This document shows, piece after piece, positions 1 through 10,930 of a DNA stretch of 32,000 nt. The stretch comes from an uncultured beta proteobacterium (GTDB taxonomy: Bacteria; Pseudomonadota; Gammaproteobacteria; Burkholderiales; Nitrosomonadaceae), in NCBI GenBank assembly GCA_963815685.1, contig CAWFHT010000012.1, forward strand, positions 159,723-191,722. The letters are read 5' to 3'. The notes beneath the pieces are model-generated. The model had not been told where the DNA came from, did no database searches, and saw nothing but the letters and a program-made list of their open reading frames with translations. Each line of letters opens with the position of its first letter. The stretch's first letter is position 1. The position numbers and the translations under genes were made by a program.

Positions 1-189
1 GCAGCAATAGGTGCTGGCAGCGGTTTGCTAGCAGGTAGTTTAACTGGCAGCGAAGCAGCTCGAACTTCTAGAAGTATCAGTCAAGAGCGTTATGATATTT
101 CTTATATTCAGTGTATGTATGCAAATGGTCACCGTGTTCCAGTAGCAGGCCAATTTTTGGATGAATCTTACGTGAATCAGCCTTATTAA
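1..189 (+). CDS. C-terminal part of a glycine-zipper type (outer-membrane lipoprotein-like) protein; 5' end lies outside the window
   Basis: Frame 1 is open from the window edge to TAA at 187-189. The tail AAIGAGSGLLAGSLTGS...QERYDISYIQCMYANGHRVPVAG resembles Gly-zipper lipoprotein C-termini. Confidence 0.45.
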   Translation, partial: AAIGAGSGLLAGSLTGSEAARTSRSISQERYDISYIQCMYANGHRVPVAGQFLDESYVNQPY

Positions 190-342
190 TGCTCCCATTC
201 GACCTTCGGCAAGAAATATTCCACCACTTGGCGATCCTCCTCCAACTAATTAAGCTTGGAAAACAATTTTTATTAGCGTTATCAATTATATGTTAGAATT
301 CGTGAGCTATTTGTGTGATTAATAATAAAAGGAGTCTACTAT

Positions 343-579
343 ATGGCAGCGAAAGCTATTTTTTATCATGCAGGTTGCCCAGTATGTGTTGCGGCGGAAC
401 ACGCTGTGGTCGATGCAGTTGATCGTTCAAAATATCAAGTTGAAATTGTGCATCTGGGCACTGACAAATCTCGAATCCCCGAAGCTGAAGCCGCCGGCGT
501 TAAATCAGTTCCGGCACTCGTAATAGATGGCGCAGCATTCCACATCAACTTTGGCGCCGGTATTGACGATCTGAAATAA
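343..579 (+). CDS. small thioredoxin-fold protein (CPVC active site; Thioredoxin_3/MTH895-like)
   Basis: 78-aa ORF with AAGGAG 8 nt upstream of the ATG. It has a CPVC redox motif and a SVPALVIDG cis-Pro context, and a hairpin terminator follows. Confidence 0.75.
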   Translation: MAAKAIFYHAGCPVCVAAEHAVVDAVDRSKYQVEIVHLGTDKSRIPEAEAAGVKSVPALVIDGAAFHINFGAGIDDLK

Positions 580-622
580 TACTTTAATCTCAGTTAGCCT
601 AGTCGTAACTTAACTTGCTAGT

Positions 623-650
623 AAAACCCCCCAGTGATGGGGGTTTTTAT
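623..650 (+). terminator. rho-independent terminator after the thioredoxin-like gene
   Basis: aaaacccccc-agtgat-gggggttttt: a GC stem flanked by A and T runs, 44 nt after the stop codon. Confidence 0.6.
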
Positions 651-962
651 TTGGAAAAAAACTTTAGTAATGCTCAAGCAGCTTCGCCCAAATTTAACAT
701 TCACCATAAAATATATAGCATAATCATGCAATTAGCACAAACCGATATTTTTGTTATTGATTTATCCTAACTTGCAATAAGGATTAGGACTGCATTAGAC
801 TGCATTAATAAATCTCACTCAATAATACTTTTGAATCGGACTGGAATATTTTTGAGATCGCGTAGCGCTAATAAACAGCTGTTAAATTATGCTGATTTAT
901 CATCAGACACTTAATCAGCTCGTTCTACTGCTGCCTTCATGATCCCGGAATGCCATAAAAAT

Positions 963-2573
963 TCAATAATTGGGTTCATACATAAGAGAGCGAACATATG
1001 TTGCCAGATCTTCAGGAAGAACATCCTCCGCAAGCCCTTCTTGCTGAGCAACCTGACAAACTGCTACGGCAATACCATGAGAAACGCTGCGAATGCGGCT
1101 AAGTGATGGATAAATCGCACCTGCCTCAATCTCCTCTGGTAAAACCATATTTGCGAGCACCCTGGCTGCAATCAAGAACATACTATCTGTGATCAATCGC
1201 GCTCTACTGACTATCACACCGAGCCCAACACCTGGAAAGATATAAGCATTATTCCCCTGAGCTGGTTTGAATAGTTTCTCGCCCAATCTGAAAGCCGGGA
1301 ATGGGCTACCGCTGGCAAAGATAGCTCGTCCGTCAGTCCATCGATAGGCTTCTTCAGCCGTGCACTCTGTGTGAGAAGTAGGATTGGACAATGCAATGAT
1401 GACCGGCTGTTCATTGAATTGCGCCATTTTTCTAATAATCGCCTCATTAAATGTGCCAGCCACACCAGTCGCTCCGATCAAGACGTCGGGCTGAATGCTT
1501 TCGATCGCTTCCAGAAAATTTACTGAAGCATGATCGTGAGCAAAAGGTCGGATGCGTGGCTTAAAGTGCTCACGACTTGATACCACTAGCCCTTGCCTGT
1601 CTACGAACGAAAGCCTTGATCTTGCAAGCTCTTCACTGAGACCGGCTGCACAAAATGCTGGGACCATCAATTCAGCGATGCCTGTTGCTGCCGAACCCGT
1701 CCCAAGTAACATAATTTTTAAATCGGTAAATTGCTTGCGCGTTATCTGGCAAGAAGTATAGATACCCGCAAGCGTGACCGCTGCGGTACCTTGAATATCA
1801 TCATTAAAACAGCGCACCTGTTTTCGATAACGATCAAGAAGTTCAAAAGCATTCTGACTTTGGAAATCTTCGAATTGAATTAGAGCATTGGGAAATTTTG
1901 TCTGAATGGCCTGGACAAATTCATCAACCAATGACAAATAAGCATATTCTGTTAATCGCGGATGAGGGCAGCCCAGGTAAAGCAAATCTTCCCGCAAAAT
2001 TTGATTATTCGTTCCAACGTCGAGCATTACTGGCAAGCATTGTGTCGGATGAATACCTCCACAGACCACATACAAAGCAGTCTTGCCTATCGAGATTCCC
2101 ATACCGTTAGCGCCTAAATCGCCAAGTCCCAATACCCTCTCCCCATCAGTAACTACCACGATACGTACATCCGTTTCATACCAATTATCAAGCATCGAGG
2201 TGATCTCGCCGCGGTCTTCCGGGGTAATATAAAAACCCTGTGGCTTTCTGTATATATGAGCAAATTGCTTACAAGCTTCACCTACAGTAGGAGTGTAAAC
2301 TAGAGGCATGATCTCATCGAGATGATCGATCATAGTTCGGTAAAATAATCGCTGATTCCGCTCCAGTAAACTATTCAGAAAAATATATTTTTCAATATCG
2401 CTATTTTTCCGGCGTAGATTACCTAACGCTCGTTCTTGCTGCGTTTTGATATCTGTTACCTTATAAGGTAGTAAGCCTCGCAAGCCAAACTGATTTCGCT
2501 CTTCGCGTGAAAAAGCGGTTGATTTATTTTGAGCCGGATCATCCAACAATGACTTTCCTCGCAATAACTTCAT
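963..2573 (-). CDS. maeA: NAD(P)-dependent malic enzyme
   Basis: 536-aa ORF with typical malic-enzyme blocks (VYTPTVGEAC, VVTDGERVLGLGDLG, GIHP..CLPV.LDVGTNN, GTGSAATGIA Rossmann motif). Confidence 0.9.
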   Translation of the reverse strand: MKLLRGKSLLDDPAQNKSTAFSREERNQFGLRGLLPYKVTDIKTQQERALGNLRRKNSDIEKYIFLNSLLERNQRLFYRTMIDHLDEIMPLVYTPTVGEACKQFAHIYRKPQGFYITPEDRGEITSMLDNWYETDVRIVVVTDGERVLGLGDLGANGMGISIGKTALYVVCGGIHPTQCLPVMLDVGTNNQILREDLLYLGCPHPRLTEYAYLSLVDEFVQAIQTKFPNALIQFEDFQSQNAFELLDRYRKQVRCFNDDIQGTAAVTLAGIYTSCQITRKQFTDLKIMLLGTGSAATGIAELMVPAFCAAGLSEELARSRLSFVDRQGLVVSSREHFKPRIRPFAHDHASVNFLEAIESIQPDVLIGATGVAGTFNEAIIRKMAQFNEQPVIIALSNPTSHTECTAEEAYRWTDGRAIFASGSPFPAFRLGEKLFKPAQGNNAYIFPGVGLGVIVSRARLITDSMFLIAARVLANMVLPEEIEAGAIYPSLSRIRSVSHGIAVAVCQVAQQEGLAEDVLPEDLATYVRSLMYEPNY

Positions 2574-2900
2574 CTCGATCGCCTCGTTATATGAATATCT
2601 CGGGTTAAAGCGTTTGAAATTGCTTTATGCTATTTTGTTATAATTATTTTGTTGTAGTCATTTTCTACACATAATGATATTTTCAACGAAAAACACATGA
2701 CACCTACCTTTAAATACTCTTGGATTAGTTGTTCTAACCTTAAGTCTCCTAATTAGACAATCTATACTGTAACCGATAAACTAGCAGGAAAATTCAAAAA
2801 GAAACTAAATACTTATCATCACATGTATTACAGCATACGTCGAGACCAAAAAAATTGGTTTCGCGCCGTTACAAGATGATTTTTAATCAATATAATTATT

Positions 2901-3332
2901 ATGACAGCACATTCCATACCTACACCTCATCCGGATCTCTATACTGAAGAAGAAGTCTCACGATTAGTTCATAATTTTTACGCGAAAGCGAGAAAAGATC
3001 CTGGTCTTGGGCCAATTTTTGAAGAGCACGTGATTGACTGGGACGCGCATTTCGTTCAAATGATCAATTTCTGGTCGGCGCAGTTGCGCGGTACTAGCCG
3101 CTTCCGAGGCGCTCCCATGCCTAAACATATTGCTCTCCCAGAACTCAATGCAACTCTCTTTAAACAATGGTTGCGGCTATTTAAAGAAACTACTCTTGAA
3201 TTGGGCAATCCCGTATTGAAGCAACATGCAGATACCGTTGCCACTTTTATTGCAGGCAGATTATGGCTCGGTTATCAAATGAGTAATTTTCCAGATCAAC
3301 GCCCTACCGAGCTTTTTGCTGAAACGCATTGA
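2901..3332 (+). CDS. group III truncated haemoglobin-like protein
   Basis: 143-aa ORF. FYAKARKDPGLGPIFE...W.AHFVQMINFWSAQL...F.G.PM.KH matches the group III 2-on-2 globin pattern. Confidence 0.7.
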   Translation: MTAHSIPTPHPDLYTEEEVSRLVHNFYAKARKDPGLGPIFEEHVIDWDAHFVQMINFWSAQLRGTSRFRGAPMPKHIALPELNATLFKQWLRLFKETTLELGNPVLKQHADTVATFIAGRLWLGYQMSNFPDQRPTELFAETH

Positions 3333-3406
3333 TTTAATTAAATAAGTAAAACTTGATCATTTGAAGCAATAACTACGACATCTTTTCCATTAATCAACTC
3401 CATATC

Positions 3407-4363
3407 ATGCAAGTTTGCCGAAGGGCTTCCTCTAGACCGGAAGCGCCGGTAGCATTGACCATAGGTAATTTTGATGGGGTGCATTTAGGTCACCAAGCCA
3501 TGCTTGCACGTCTGAAACAAGTAGCTAATCAATTGAACATTGCTGCTTGTGTTATGACGTTTGAGCCTCATCCGCGTGAATTTCTTGCTCCTCAGCAAGC
3601 ACCGACACGGCTTACAAGCTTACGTGAAAAATTGGAACTCTTGGCAGAATCAGGCATAAATCGTGTTCATATTTACCGCTTCAACCATGATTTTGCAAAA
3701 ATTGATGCAGAATCTTTCATAACACGCATTCTTCAACAGGAGCTTGCTGTTCGTTGGCTACTGGTCGGAGAAGATTTTCGTTTCGGTGCTCAACGTGCAG
3801 GTGATGTTGAGATGCTAAAAATATTTTCTCAAAGATCTGGCAGTTTTGAAGTAGAAATCATGCCCAATTTTAGTGTGAATGGCTTACGCGCATCGAGTAC
3901 CGCTATACGGGAAGCATTGGCTTGCGGCAATCTAGATCTCGCTAAACAATTATTAGGACGCCCTTACAGCATTAGCGGGCGTGTCGTGAACGGTGACAAA
4001 TTGGGAAAGCAAATTGGATTTCCCACAGCCAATATCCAGTTAAAACATAATCGCCCTCCTCTGATGGGTATTTTCGTAGTTGAAATCAGTAGCGAAGGCA
4101 ACTCACCTTTCTCTACAACGATGCGTGGTGTAGCAAGTTTGGGAATACGACCGACCACTCATGCAAAGAGTAAACCTATTCTGGAAGTTCATTTATTTGA
4201 TTTCCGTAAAGAGATTTATGGCTATCATTTACGCGTACATTTTCTGCACAAACTCAGAAATGAGGAAAAATACCCGGATTTAATTACACTCACCAGGCAA
4301 ATAGAACGAGATGTCGAGGATGCAAAAGACTATTTTTTAACTCAGGCAAACCTCGTTTCATAA
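3407..4363 (+). CDS. ribF: bifunctional riboflavin kinase / FAD synthetase
   Basis: 318 aa with [14 protein letters not shown] and FEPHPREF motifs and a C-terminal riboflavin kinase domain (GFPTANI). Conserved ribF-ileS-lspA synteny. Confidence 0.9.
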   Translation: MQVCRRASSRPEAPVALTIGNFDGVHLGHQAMLARLKQVANQLNIAACVMTFEPHPREFLAPQQAPTRLTSLREKLELLAESGINRVHIYRFNHDFAKIDAESFITRILQQELAVRWLLVGEDFRFGAQRAGDVEMLKIFSQRSGSFEVEIMPNFSVNGLRASSTAIREALACGNLDLAKQLLGRPYSISGRVVNGDKLGKQIGFPTANIQLKHNRPPLMGIFVVEISSEGNSPFSTTMRGVASLGIRPTTHAKSKPILEVHLFDFRKEIYGYHLRVHFLHKLRNEEKYPDLITLTRQIERDVEDAKDYFLTQANLVS

Positions 4364-4385
4364 TAAAAAAATCAGATCTACATTC

Positions 4386-7205
4386 ATGACTGACTACAAA
4401 AAAACACTCAATCTACCCGATACCCCTTTTCCGATGCGTGGTGATCTTGCTAAGCGGGAGCCACATATGCTCAAAGCTTGGCAAGAGAAACAGCTTTATC
4501 AGAAAATTCGCGCTGCTAGCCAAGGTCGCCCTAAATTTATTCTGCACGATGGCCCACCCTATGCCAATGGAGATATCCATATCGGCCATGCCGTTAACAA
4601 AATCCTCAAGGACATCATTATTAAAAGCAAAACACTGGCAGGCTTTGATGTACCTTATGTTCCAGGCTGGGACTGTCATGGCTTACCCATTGAGCACCAG
4701 ATCGAAAAAAAGCATGGCAAAAACCTTCCATCTGATCAAGTGCGTGCACTCTGCCGTACTTTTGCTCAAGAGCAAATCGAACGACAAAAGGTTGATTTCA
4801 TTCGGTTGGGCGTATTAGGTGATTGGGAGCATCCTTATCTCACCATGAATTACCATACCGAGGCTGGTATCATCCGGGCGCTCGGTAAGATTTATGAAAA
4901 TGGCTATCTCTATCAAGGGCAAAAGCCGGTTAATTGGTGTATCGATTGCGGTTCTGCGCTAGCCGAAGCAGAAGTTGATTATGAAAATAAAACTTCACCT
5001 GCGATTGATGTCGGCTTTGAAATCGTTTGCGATGATACTGCTAATCATCCGCTTGCAAAACCATTCGGCGTATCGATACCACCAGACAAAAAAGCCTATG
5101 CTGTCATTTGGACCACTACTCCTTGGACATTGCCCGCCAATCAAGCCGTTTGCGTACATCCGGATTTCGATTATGAACTGATCGATACCCCGCAAGGACT
5201 CTTGATCTTAGCGGATGGACTCAAGCAAGCATGTTTAACGCGCTATCAATTCGATGGTAAAACGCTTGCTACCTGTAAAGGACGTGAGCTCGAGAATCTG
5301 CCACTGCACCATCCATTCGATACACGTACCGTAATCATCATCTGCGGCAAACACGTCACGCAGGAAGCTGGCACGGGCTTAGTTCACACTGCACCTGCAC
5401 ATGGGCTGGATGACTACTTCATTGGTCAGCAATATGGATTGGCCAGTGACAGTCCTGTCGGTGGTGATGGTAAATTCAACAGTACGACGCCACTGGTGGG
5501 CAGTCTGTTTGTCTGGAAAGCCAACGATGTCATCATCGATGCTTTGAGAGCCAACCATCATTTGTTGCATAGTGAAAAAATAGAACATAGCTACCCGCAT
5601 TGCTGGCGGCACAAAACACCGATTATTTTCCGCTCAACACCACAGTGGTTTATCGGCATGAATGTAACACAACACGCGAGTTCTTCCTCGGCAGGAGCAT
5701 CGTTGCGTGAACTCGCCAAGAAAGCCGTCGATGAAACCACTTTCTTTCCAGCGTGGGGTCGCGCTCGCCTGGAAGCAATGATCAGAAATCGTCCGGATTG
5801 GTGTATTTCGCGTCAGCGGAACTGGGGCGTTCCGATGACATTCTTCGTACACAAAGAAACGCATGCTTTGCATCCTCGCACGCCTGAATTATTGGAAGTC
5901 GTCGCACAGGAGGTAGAAAAGCACGGCATCGAAGCGTGGTTTAAACTCGACGCCGCGACGTTGTTAGGTGATGAAGCCAAGGATTATCATAAATTGAGTG
6001 ATACGCTGGATGTGTGGTTTGATTCCGGTACCACGCATGATACTGTACTAAGACATGATCCGCAGCTCAATCATCCGGCTGATCTTTATCTAGAGGGTTC
6101 GGATCAGCATCGCGGCTGGTTCCAGTCCTCATTGCTGACAGGTTGTGCCATAGATGGTAGTGCCCCTTATCACGCTTTACTGACACACGGCTTCGTCGTG
6201 GATGGTCAGGGTCACAAAATGAGCAAATCCAAGGGGAATGTAATCGCGCCACAAAAAATTGCAGATACCCTAGGCGCGGATATTCTGCGCCTGTGGGTAG
6301 CTTCGGCTGATTACTCGGGCGAGTTATTCATTTCCGATGAAATCCTTAAGCGTACTGTTGAAACCTATCGACGTATCCGTAACACCCTGCGCTTTTTGTT
6401 AGCTAATCTGGCCGATTTCGATCCTGTCACAGATAGCTTGCCAATCAACAACTGGCTGGAAATTGATCATTATATGCTGGCCTATACCGAGGCGTTGCAA
6501 AACGAGCTGACCGCACTCTACCAGCGTTACGAATTTCACCAGATCGTACATACATTACATAATTTCTGCTCGGAAGATTTAGGTGGATTTTATCTGGATA
6601 TCCTGAAAGACCGGTTGTATACTACCGCGGTCAAAAGCGTGTCACGTCGCTCTGCGCAGAATACGCTGTATCATATCGCCCATAGCCTCGTACGCTTGTT
6701 TGCCCCAATTTTAAGTTTCACTGCTGAAGAAGTTTGGGAACAGCTGACAACCTCAGCGGGAGATAGCGTGCTTTTACATACTTGGCACAACTTTCCCGCA
6801 TACTCGCAATCGCAAGCAGAAACAGACAGACTCCTGCAGCGCTGGGGACGGCTGCGGCAACTACGTTCACAAGTGCAGAAAAAACTGGAAGAAGCACGGA
6901 TACAAGGTACGATCGGCTCATCCTTGGCTGCCATTGTAGTTATCCATGCAACGGGAGAAGATTTTGCGCTGCTCAACTCACTTGGAAATGATTTAAGCTT
7001 CGTCATGATCACTTCTGAAGTACAGCTGCACCAAGCATCCAGCGCCGAGAAAGAAAATATCACGGTGACAGCCAGCCCGTACGCGAAATGTGAACGCTGC
7101 TGGCATTATCGTCGGGATGTCGGTCACAACACGGATCATCCTACCTTATGTGATCGATGCTTATCCAATCTTTTTGGGTCGGGAGAGCAACGACGCCATG
7201 CCTAA
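4386..7205 (+). CDS. ileS: isoleucyl-tRNA synthetase
   Basis: 939 aa with the HIGH motif ([11 protein letters not shown]), KMSKS, and a C-terminal Zn-finger (CERCW...CDRC). Confidence 0.97.
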   Translation: MTDYKKTLNLPDTPFPMRGDLAKREPHMLKAWQEKQLYQKIRAASQGRPKFILHDGPPYANGDIHIGHAVNKILKDIIIKSKTLAGFDVPYVPGWDCHGLPIEHQIEKKHGKNLPSDQVRALCRTFAQEQIERQKVDFIRLGVLGDWEHPYLTMNYHTEAGIIRALGKIYENGYLYQGQKPVNWCIDCGSALAEAEVDYENKTSPAIDVGFEIVCDDTANHPLAKPFGVSIPPDKKAYAVIWTTTPWTLPANQAVCVHPDFDYELIDTPQGLLILADGLKQACLTRYQFDGKTLATCKGRELENLPLHHPFDTRTVIIICGKHVTQEAGTGLVHTAPAHGLDDYFIGQQYGLASDSPVGGDGKFNSTTPLVGSLFVWKANDVIIDALRANHHLLHSEKIEHSYPHCWRHKTPIIFRSTPQWFIGMNVTQHASSSSAGASLRELAKKAVDETTFFPAWGRARLEAMIRNRPDWCISRQRNWGVPMTFFVHKETHALHPRTPELLEVVAQEVEKHGIEAWFKLDAATLLGDEAKDYHKLSDTLDVWFDSGTTHDTVLRHDPQLNHPADLYLEGSDQHRGWFQSSLLTGCAIDGSAPYHALLTHGFVVDGQGHKMSKSKGNVIAPQKIADTLGADILRLWVASADYSGELFISDEILKRTVETYRRIRNTLRFLLANLADFDPVTDSLPINNWLEIDHYMLAYTEALQNELTALYQRYEFHQIVHTLHNFCSEDLGGFYLDILKDRLYTTAVKSVSRRSAQNTLYHIAHSLVRLFAPILSFTAEEVWEQLTTSAGDSVLLHTWHNFPAYSQSQAETDRLLQRWGRLRQLRSQVQKKLEEARIQGTIGSSLAAIVVIHATGEDFALLNSLGNDLSFVMITSEVQLHQASSAEKENITVTASPYAKCERCWHYRRDVGHNTDHPTLCDRCLSNLFGSGEQRRHA

Positions 7206-7346
7206 TTCCATTTCCCATTCAAACATGATGCGACGGCGAGCTCTAAACACTATAAATAATACGGCAAGGAAAAGACAACGAAGCAGATTTGATTTATAAC
7301 TGGAATAACTTCCTTAATCTTATTCGCTGATCATAACACTCATCCA

Positions 7347-7811
7347 ATGAAACTCTATTATAGTCTGGCAATTGCATTCGTCGTGTTAGCCCTAGATTTA
7401 GCCACCAAGTACTGGGTAGAATCCAGGCTGCTCTATGGTCAGCCGATTCCGGTTACTTCTTTTTTTAATTTATTGCTCACTTATAACCCAGGCGCAGCCT
7501 TCAGTTTTCTGAGCGATGCTTCCGGCTGGCAACGCTGGCTCTTGAGTGGTATTGCACTGATTACTTCAATAGTGATCATCTTTCTATTGCATAAACACGC
7601 AGCCAATAAGCTGTTTTGTCTTGCCTTAAGCTTTGTATTAGGCGGTGCGCTCGGCAATCTATGGGATCGCATTACGCTGGGGCATGTGATTGATTTTCTT
7701 GATTTCTATCTTGGCAGCTATCACTGGCCTGCATTTAATATTGCGGATTCCGCAATTTTTCTCGGAGCGGTATTACTAATTTATGATAGTTTCAAGTCGA
7801 AGAGTCCATAG
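7347..7811 (+). CDS. lspA: lipoprotein signal peptidase II
   Basis: 154-aa, 4-TM protein with the NPGAAFSF and FNIADSAI catalytic blocks, immediately downstream of ileS. Confidence 0.9.
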   Translation: MKLYYSLAIAFVVLALDLATKYWVESRLLYGQPIPVTSFFNLLLTYNPGAAFSFLSDASGWQRWLLSGIALITSIVIIFLLHKHAANKLFCLALSFVLGGALGNLWDRITLGHVIDFLDFYLGSYHWPAFNIADSAIFLGAVLLIYDSFKSKSP

Positions 7812-8085
7812 AAAAGTACAAAAGCAACATAGATGGTTTAATATACATGTTGATTGCCAACAAATTACCTCAGTCTCACTTTAATTGCTCTATATCCGTA
7901 TGCATCATGCACTCCTTAGAAAGTTCCTCAGAATCATCTTGACACTCCTTGCTCCTTGTTTAGGCGCTCTCTTTGACTAAATTAAGTAACTTCGAGTATT
8001 TCTGGCGATGCCTGATTTTGATTTCCAATAGAAAAATACATAATTTTTAACATAAAACTATTGGGATTGATTTTATACTTATGAT

Positions 8086-8421
8086 ATGAAAAAGCTCTAT
8101 TCTGCCAGCAATCTGATCGAAGCACAGATGATCCTTTGCTTGCTCGAACATGCTTATATACCTGCAAAGCTATTTAATACCCATGCACAGGGTGGGGTAG
8201 GGGAAATCCCCTTCACCCATGCGTACCCTGAGATATGGATTATTCAAGACTATGATTTCGAAAAAGCACGATCGATTATTGATGCGTATGAAAATACACC
8301 AGTTGAAGAAGGGTATGTGGTTTGCCCAGCATGCCATGAGCAAAATCCACGAAATTTTCAGTTATGCTGGCAATGCGGTGAAGGATTAGAAATTGTGCAT
8401 TCGCAGTTAAACGATACTTAA
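8086..8421 (+). CDS. DUF2007-like small protein with a C-terminal CxxC...CxxC zinc ribbon
   Basis: 111 aa. The N-terminus MKKLYSASNLIEAQMILCLLE is typical of DUF2007, and the C-terminus is CPACHEQNPRNFQLCWQCG. Confidence 0.6.
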   Translation: MKKLYSASNLIEAQMILCLLEHAYIPAKLFNTHAQGGVGEIPFTHAYPEIWIIQDYDFEKARSIIDAYENTPVEEGYVVCPACHEQNPRNFQLCWQCGEGLEIVHSQLNDT

Positions 8422-9918
8422 TTAATCTTGTTTATGTTTATCAATAGGGGGCGGCGCAAAGAGCGCCGGAATGACTTTCTTACTCGGTTGGCTAATAGAA
8501 TGAGAAGCTTTATCAGTGGTATCTAACTTCTTTACCAACGCCATAGGCACATAGGGTTGAGTAAAGATCGGATCAATTGGTCGGGAGGGTTTATTTCTTC
8601 CATAAGGAGTTGTCTGCTGCTTATCTATTTGACTATTATTACTCCTGTCTAAGCCAGCTTTATGATGCAATAGCTTACCATTACGCCCTTGACGATTAGT
8701 AGTTTGTGGAAAAACAGAATAATTACTCTTCCCAGCTTCAAACCCATCCGCTTTCGTCACGGTCAGTTTTGTTTGGAGCAGCTTCTCAATACCTACGAGA
8801 TATTCCTTTTCATTTTCGCTGACTAACGAAATGGCATTTCCTTTGCTCCCCGCACGACCTGTTCGTCCAATCCGATGGATATAATCTTCCGGAACAGTTG
8901 GTAACTCGAAATTGATTACATAAGCAAGACTCTCAATATCCAATCCTCGTGCGGCTACATCAGTCGCAACCAACACCTGAATTTTCCCTTCTCTAAAATC
9001 ATTCAGTGCTTGGGTACGTTGCTGCTGATTTTTATCTCCATGAATCGCTGTTGTCATCACATCAAACTGCAAAAGTTGTTTGGCCAGTCGATCTGCACCT
9101 TGTTTGGTTCTAACAAAAACCAAAACCTGTTTAAGATCATTTTGTTTAATTAACTGCACCAATAATTCATGCTTTCGCTCAAGTGCAACTAAATGAACTA
9201 TGTGCGAGATGGATTGATTGATCGCATTACGTTTTGCCACCTCGATTAAAATTGGCTGCTTCAGTAACTTGTCAGCAAGTTGCTTGATTTCCTCAGAGAA
9301 AGTAGCAGAAAAAATCAGGCTCTGCCGCTGCTGTGGAAGCAACGTGAGAATACGCTTGATATCTGGCAGGAAGCCCATATCGAGCATACGATCAGCTTCA
9401 TCCAGGACTAATATTGCTACTTGTGATAGATTGATCGTTTTCTGCTCAATGTGGTCTAGTAAACGCCCGGGTGTTGCGACCAGTATTTCTACTCCAGCTT
9501 GCAGTTCCTTAATTTGAGGATCGATGCTGACACCACCGAAAATTACAGTGCTTCGTAATTGCAAATATTTTCCGTAGCTTCTCACATTATCATGTATCTG
9601 CGTAGCAAGTTCACGTGTAGGTGCAAGTATCAAAGCTCGAATAGGGTGCCTAGCGGGTGAGGCACTTGAATTCGCATGAGATTGCAATCGATGCAACATG
9701 GGCAGTGTAAAACTAGCTGTTTTTCCTGTGCCTGTTTCGGCACTACCCATAATATCTTTGCCCTCAAGGATATGTGGTATAACTTGAGCTTGTATTGGGG
9801 TGGGTTTGACATACCCCTGATCTGTGATTGCTCTCAGAAGCTCACTTGATAAATTTAATTGATCAAATGCTGCGGGGTTACTTATAAGCTGCTCAGTCTC
9901 TGCGACTGAATTTAACAA
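8422..9918 (-). CDS. rhlE: DEAD-box ATP-dependent RNA helicase (RhlE-like)
   Basis: Q motif (F..L.L...PTPIQ), AETGTGKT, DEAD, SAT and HRIGRTGRAG, plus a basic low-complexity tail. The track start is a TTG with no obvious SD, so the exact start is uncertain. Confidence 0.9.
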   Translation of the reverse strand: MLNSVAETEQLISNPAAFDQLNLSSELLRAITDQGYVKPTPIQAQVIPHILEGKDIMGSAETGTGKTASFTLPMLHRLQSHANSSASPARHPIRALILAPTRELATQIHDNVRSYGKYLQLRSTVIFGGVSIDPQIKELQAGVEILVATPGRLLDHIEQKTINLSQVAILVLDEADRMLDMGFLPDIKRILTLLPQQRQSLIFSATFSEEIKQLADKLLKQPILIEVAKRNAINQSISHIVHLVALERKHELLVQLIKQNDLKQVLVFVRTKQGADRLAKQLLQFDVMTTAIHGDKNQQQRTQALNDFREGKIQVLVATDVAARGLDIESLAYVINFELPTVPEDYIHRIGRTGRAGSKGNAISLVSENEKEYLVGIEKLLQTKLTVTKADGFEAGKSNYSVFPQTTNRQGRNGKLLHHKAGLDRSNNSQIDKQQTTPYGRNKPSRPIDPIFTQPYVPMALVKKLDTTDKASHSISQPSKKVIPALFAPPPIDKHKQD

Positions 9919-9926
9919 TTGTTTGA

Positions 9927-10706
9927 TTACTCTATCTCCTGTTGAATATTACGTTTAGATTTATCGGTTCTTAGCCACTCACTAACTTTATTCATGCTAT
10001 TTAGGACAAGGGGTGCACCGCCAATAGCCACTGCATCAACGAGACAGTACCAAGCAGCAACACCACTGGGAGGATTTCCTTGTGATAAGTTAAAAATGGG
10101 CTCAAGCTTTGCCCAATACCATGTTCCAGCAGCTGTACCAATCAACTCTAACCAAGTGGTGATAAAAAAAGCAGCAAGATAAACCATGGGAGATCTGCCT
10201 TTGAATAGATAGATAAGAAATACACAAAATAATATTGCCCCTACCTGATCTCCCTGTTCGGGGATGCCACTAACTCCCCAAAGCGACCAGATGCCGCATA
10301 CCAATACAACGAATGCAGCAATCTTTCGCGCATATTTTAGAAAAAAACCTGAACGAGCCAGCGCGACAGCCGTTAAATAAACCATCCCATGTCCTGGAGG
10401 GATATATAAAGGTACATTTTCAAATCTGTAAGTATATCCCCCCATATAAACAGACGCAAAATGCTCACCTGCTGTCGCAAATGCCACGGCTATCACTACT
10501 TGAATTCTTATTTCCTTATTTTCACCTACCAATAATCCAATTAAAAATACCCACGCTATGATCCCCAGCAGATTTTGTATGATCACATTTGCATGGGCGT
10601 CGATAACTAGGCTTACCGCCACACAAAAAAATGTAAAAGCAGCGATGAAGTAATCTCGCTTCTTGTGAACACAAGCACCATCAGGTGCGGGGAAATAACG
10701 AAGCAT
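9927..10706 (-). CDS. polytopic inner-membrane protein of unknown function (no heme motifs)
   Basis: 259-aa ORF with an ATG start and about 7 hydrophobic segments. I recognise no family. It ends 8 nt before the helicase ORF. Confidence 0.55.
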   Translation of the reverse strand: MLRYFPAPDGACVHKKRDYFIAAFTFFCVAVSLVIDAHANVIIQNLLGIIAWVFLIGLLVGENKEIRIQVVIAVAFATAGEHFASVYMGGYTYRFENVPLYIPPGHGMVYLTAVALARSGFFLKYARKIAAFVVLVCGIWSLWGVSGIPEQGDQVGAILFCVFLIYLFKGRSPMVYLAAFFITTWLELIGTAAGTWYWAKLEPIFNLSQGNPPSGVAAWYCLVDAVAIGGAPLVLNSMNKVSEWLRTDKSKRNIQQEIE

Positions 10707-10850
10707 TTACTACCTTAATGGAATAAAAAAGAAAGCCCATCATATCCGACGGGCACGCATGTAGCCTTTGTACTTCACATTTGCATTAAGAAACATTGTG
10801 CAAAGTAAGTACTCTATTATCTTCTTTTGGAATAAGATAATAAAGGCAAT

Positions 10851-10889
10851 AAGAAAACTAGCTGGAGAGATCATTTTATTCTCCCCAGC
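10851..10889 (-). terminator. rho-independent terminator after cycA
   Basis: Minus strand reads GCTGGGGAGA-ataaaatga-TCTCTCCAGC followed by tagTTTTCTT. This is a 10-bp stem with one G-U pair, about 40 nt after the cycA stop. Confidence 0.6.
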
Positions 10890-10930
10890 ATAGATAGATA
10901 CTGATGAAATTTTATCAAAAATAAACAGTT

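Noticed and set aside
788-807. 10-bp tandem repeat gactgcatta x2 in the intergenic region
   Set aside because: It has only two short copies, no further repeats, and no association with a promoter I could define.
4438-4818. 126-aa ORF and several 60-130-aa ORFs on both strands inside ileS (for example 6671-7063)
   Set aside because: They overlap an unambiguous ileS reading frame, and their composition and sequence look like out-of-frame translations.
10707-10930. Looked for a cycB (cytochrome cM552) gene or relic after cycA
   Set aside because: The space is only 224 bp. I read the minus-strand frames, found no CXXCH-coding sequence, and a terminator hairpin occupies the middle.
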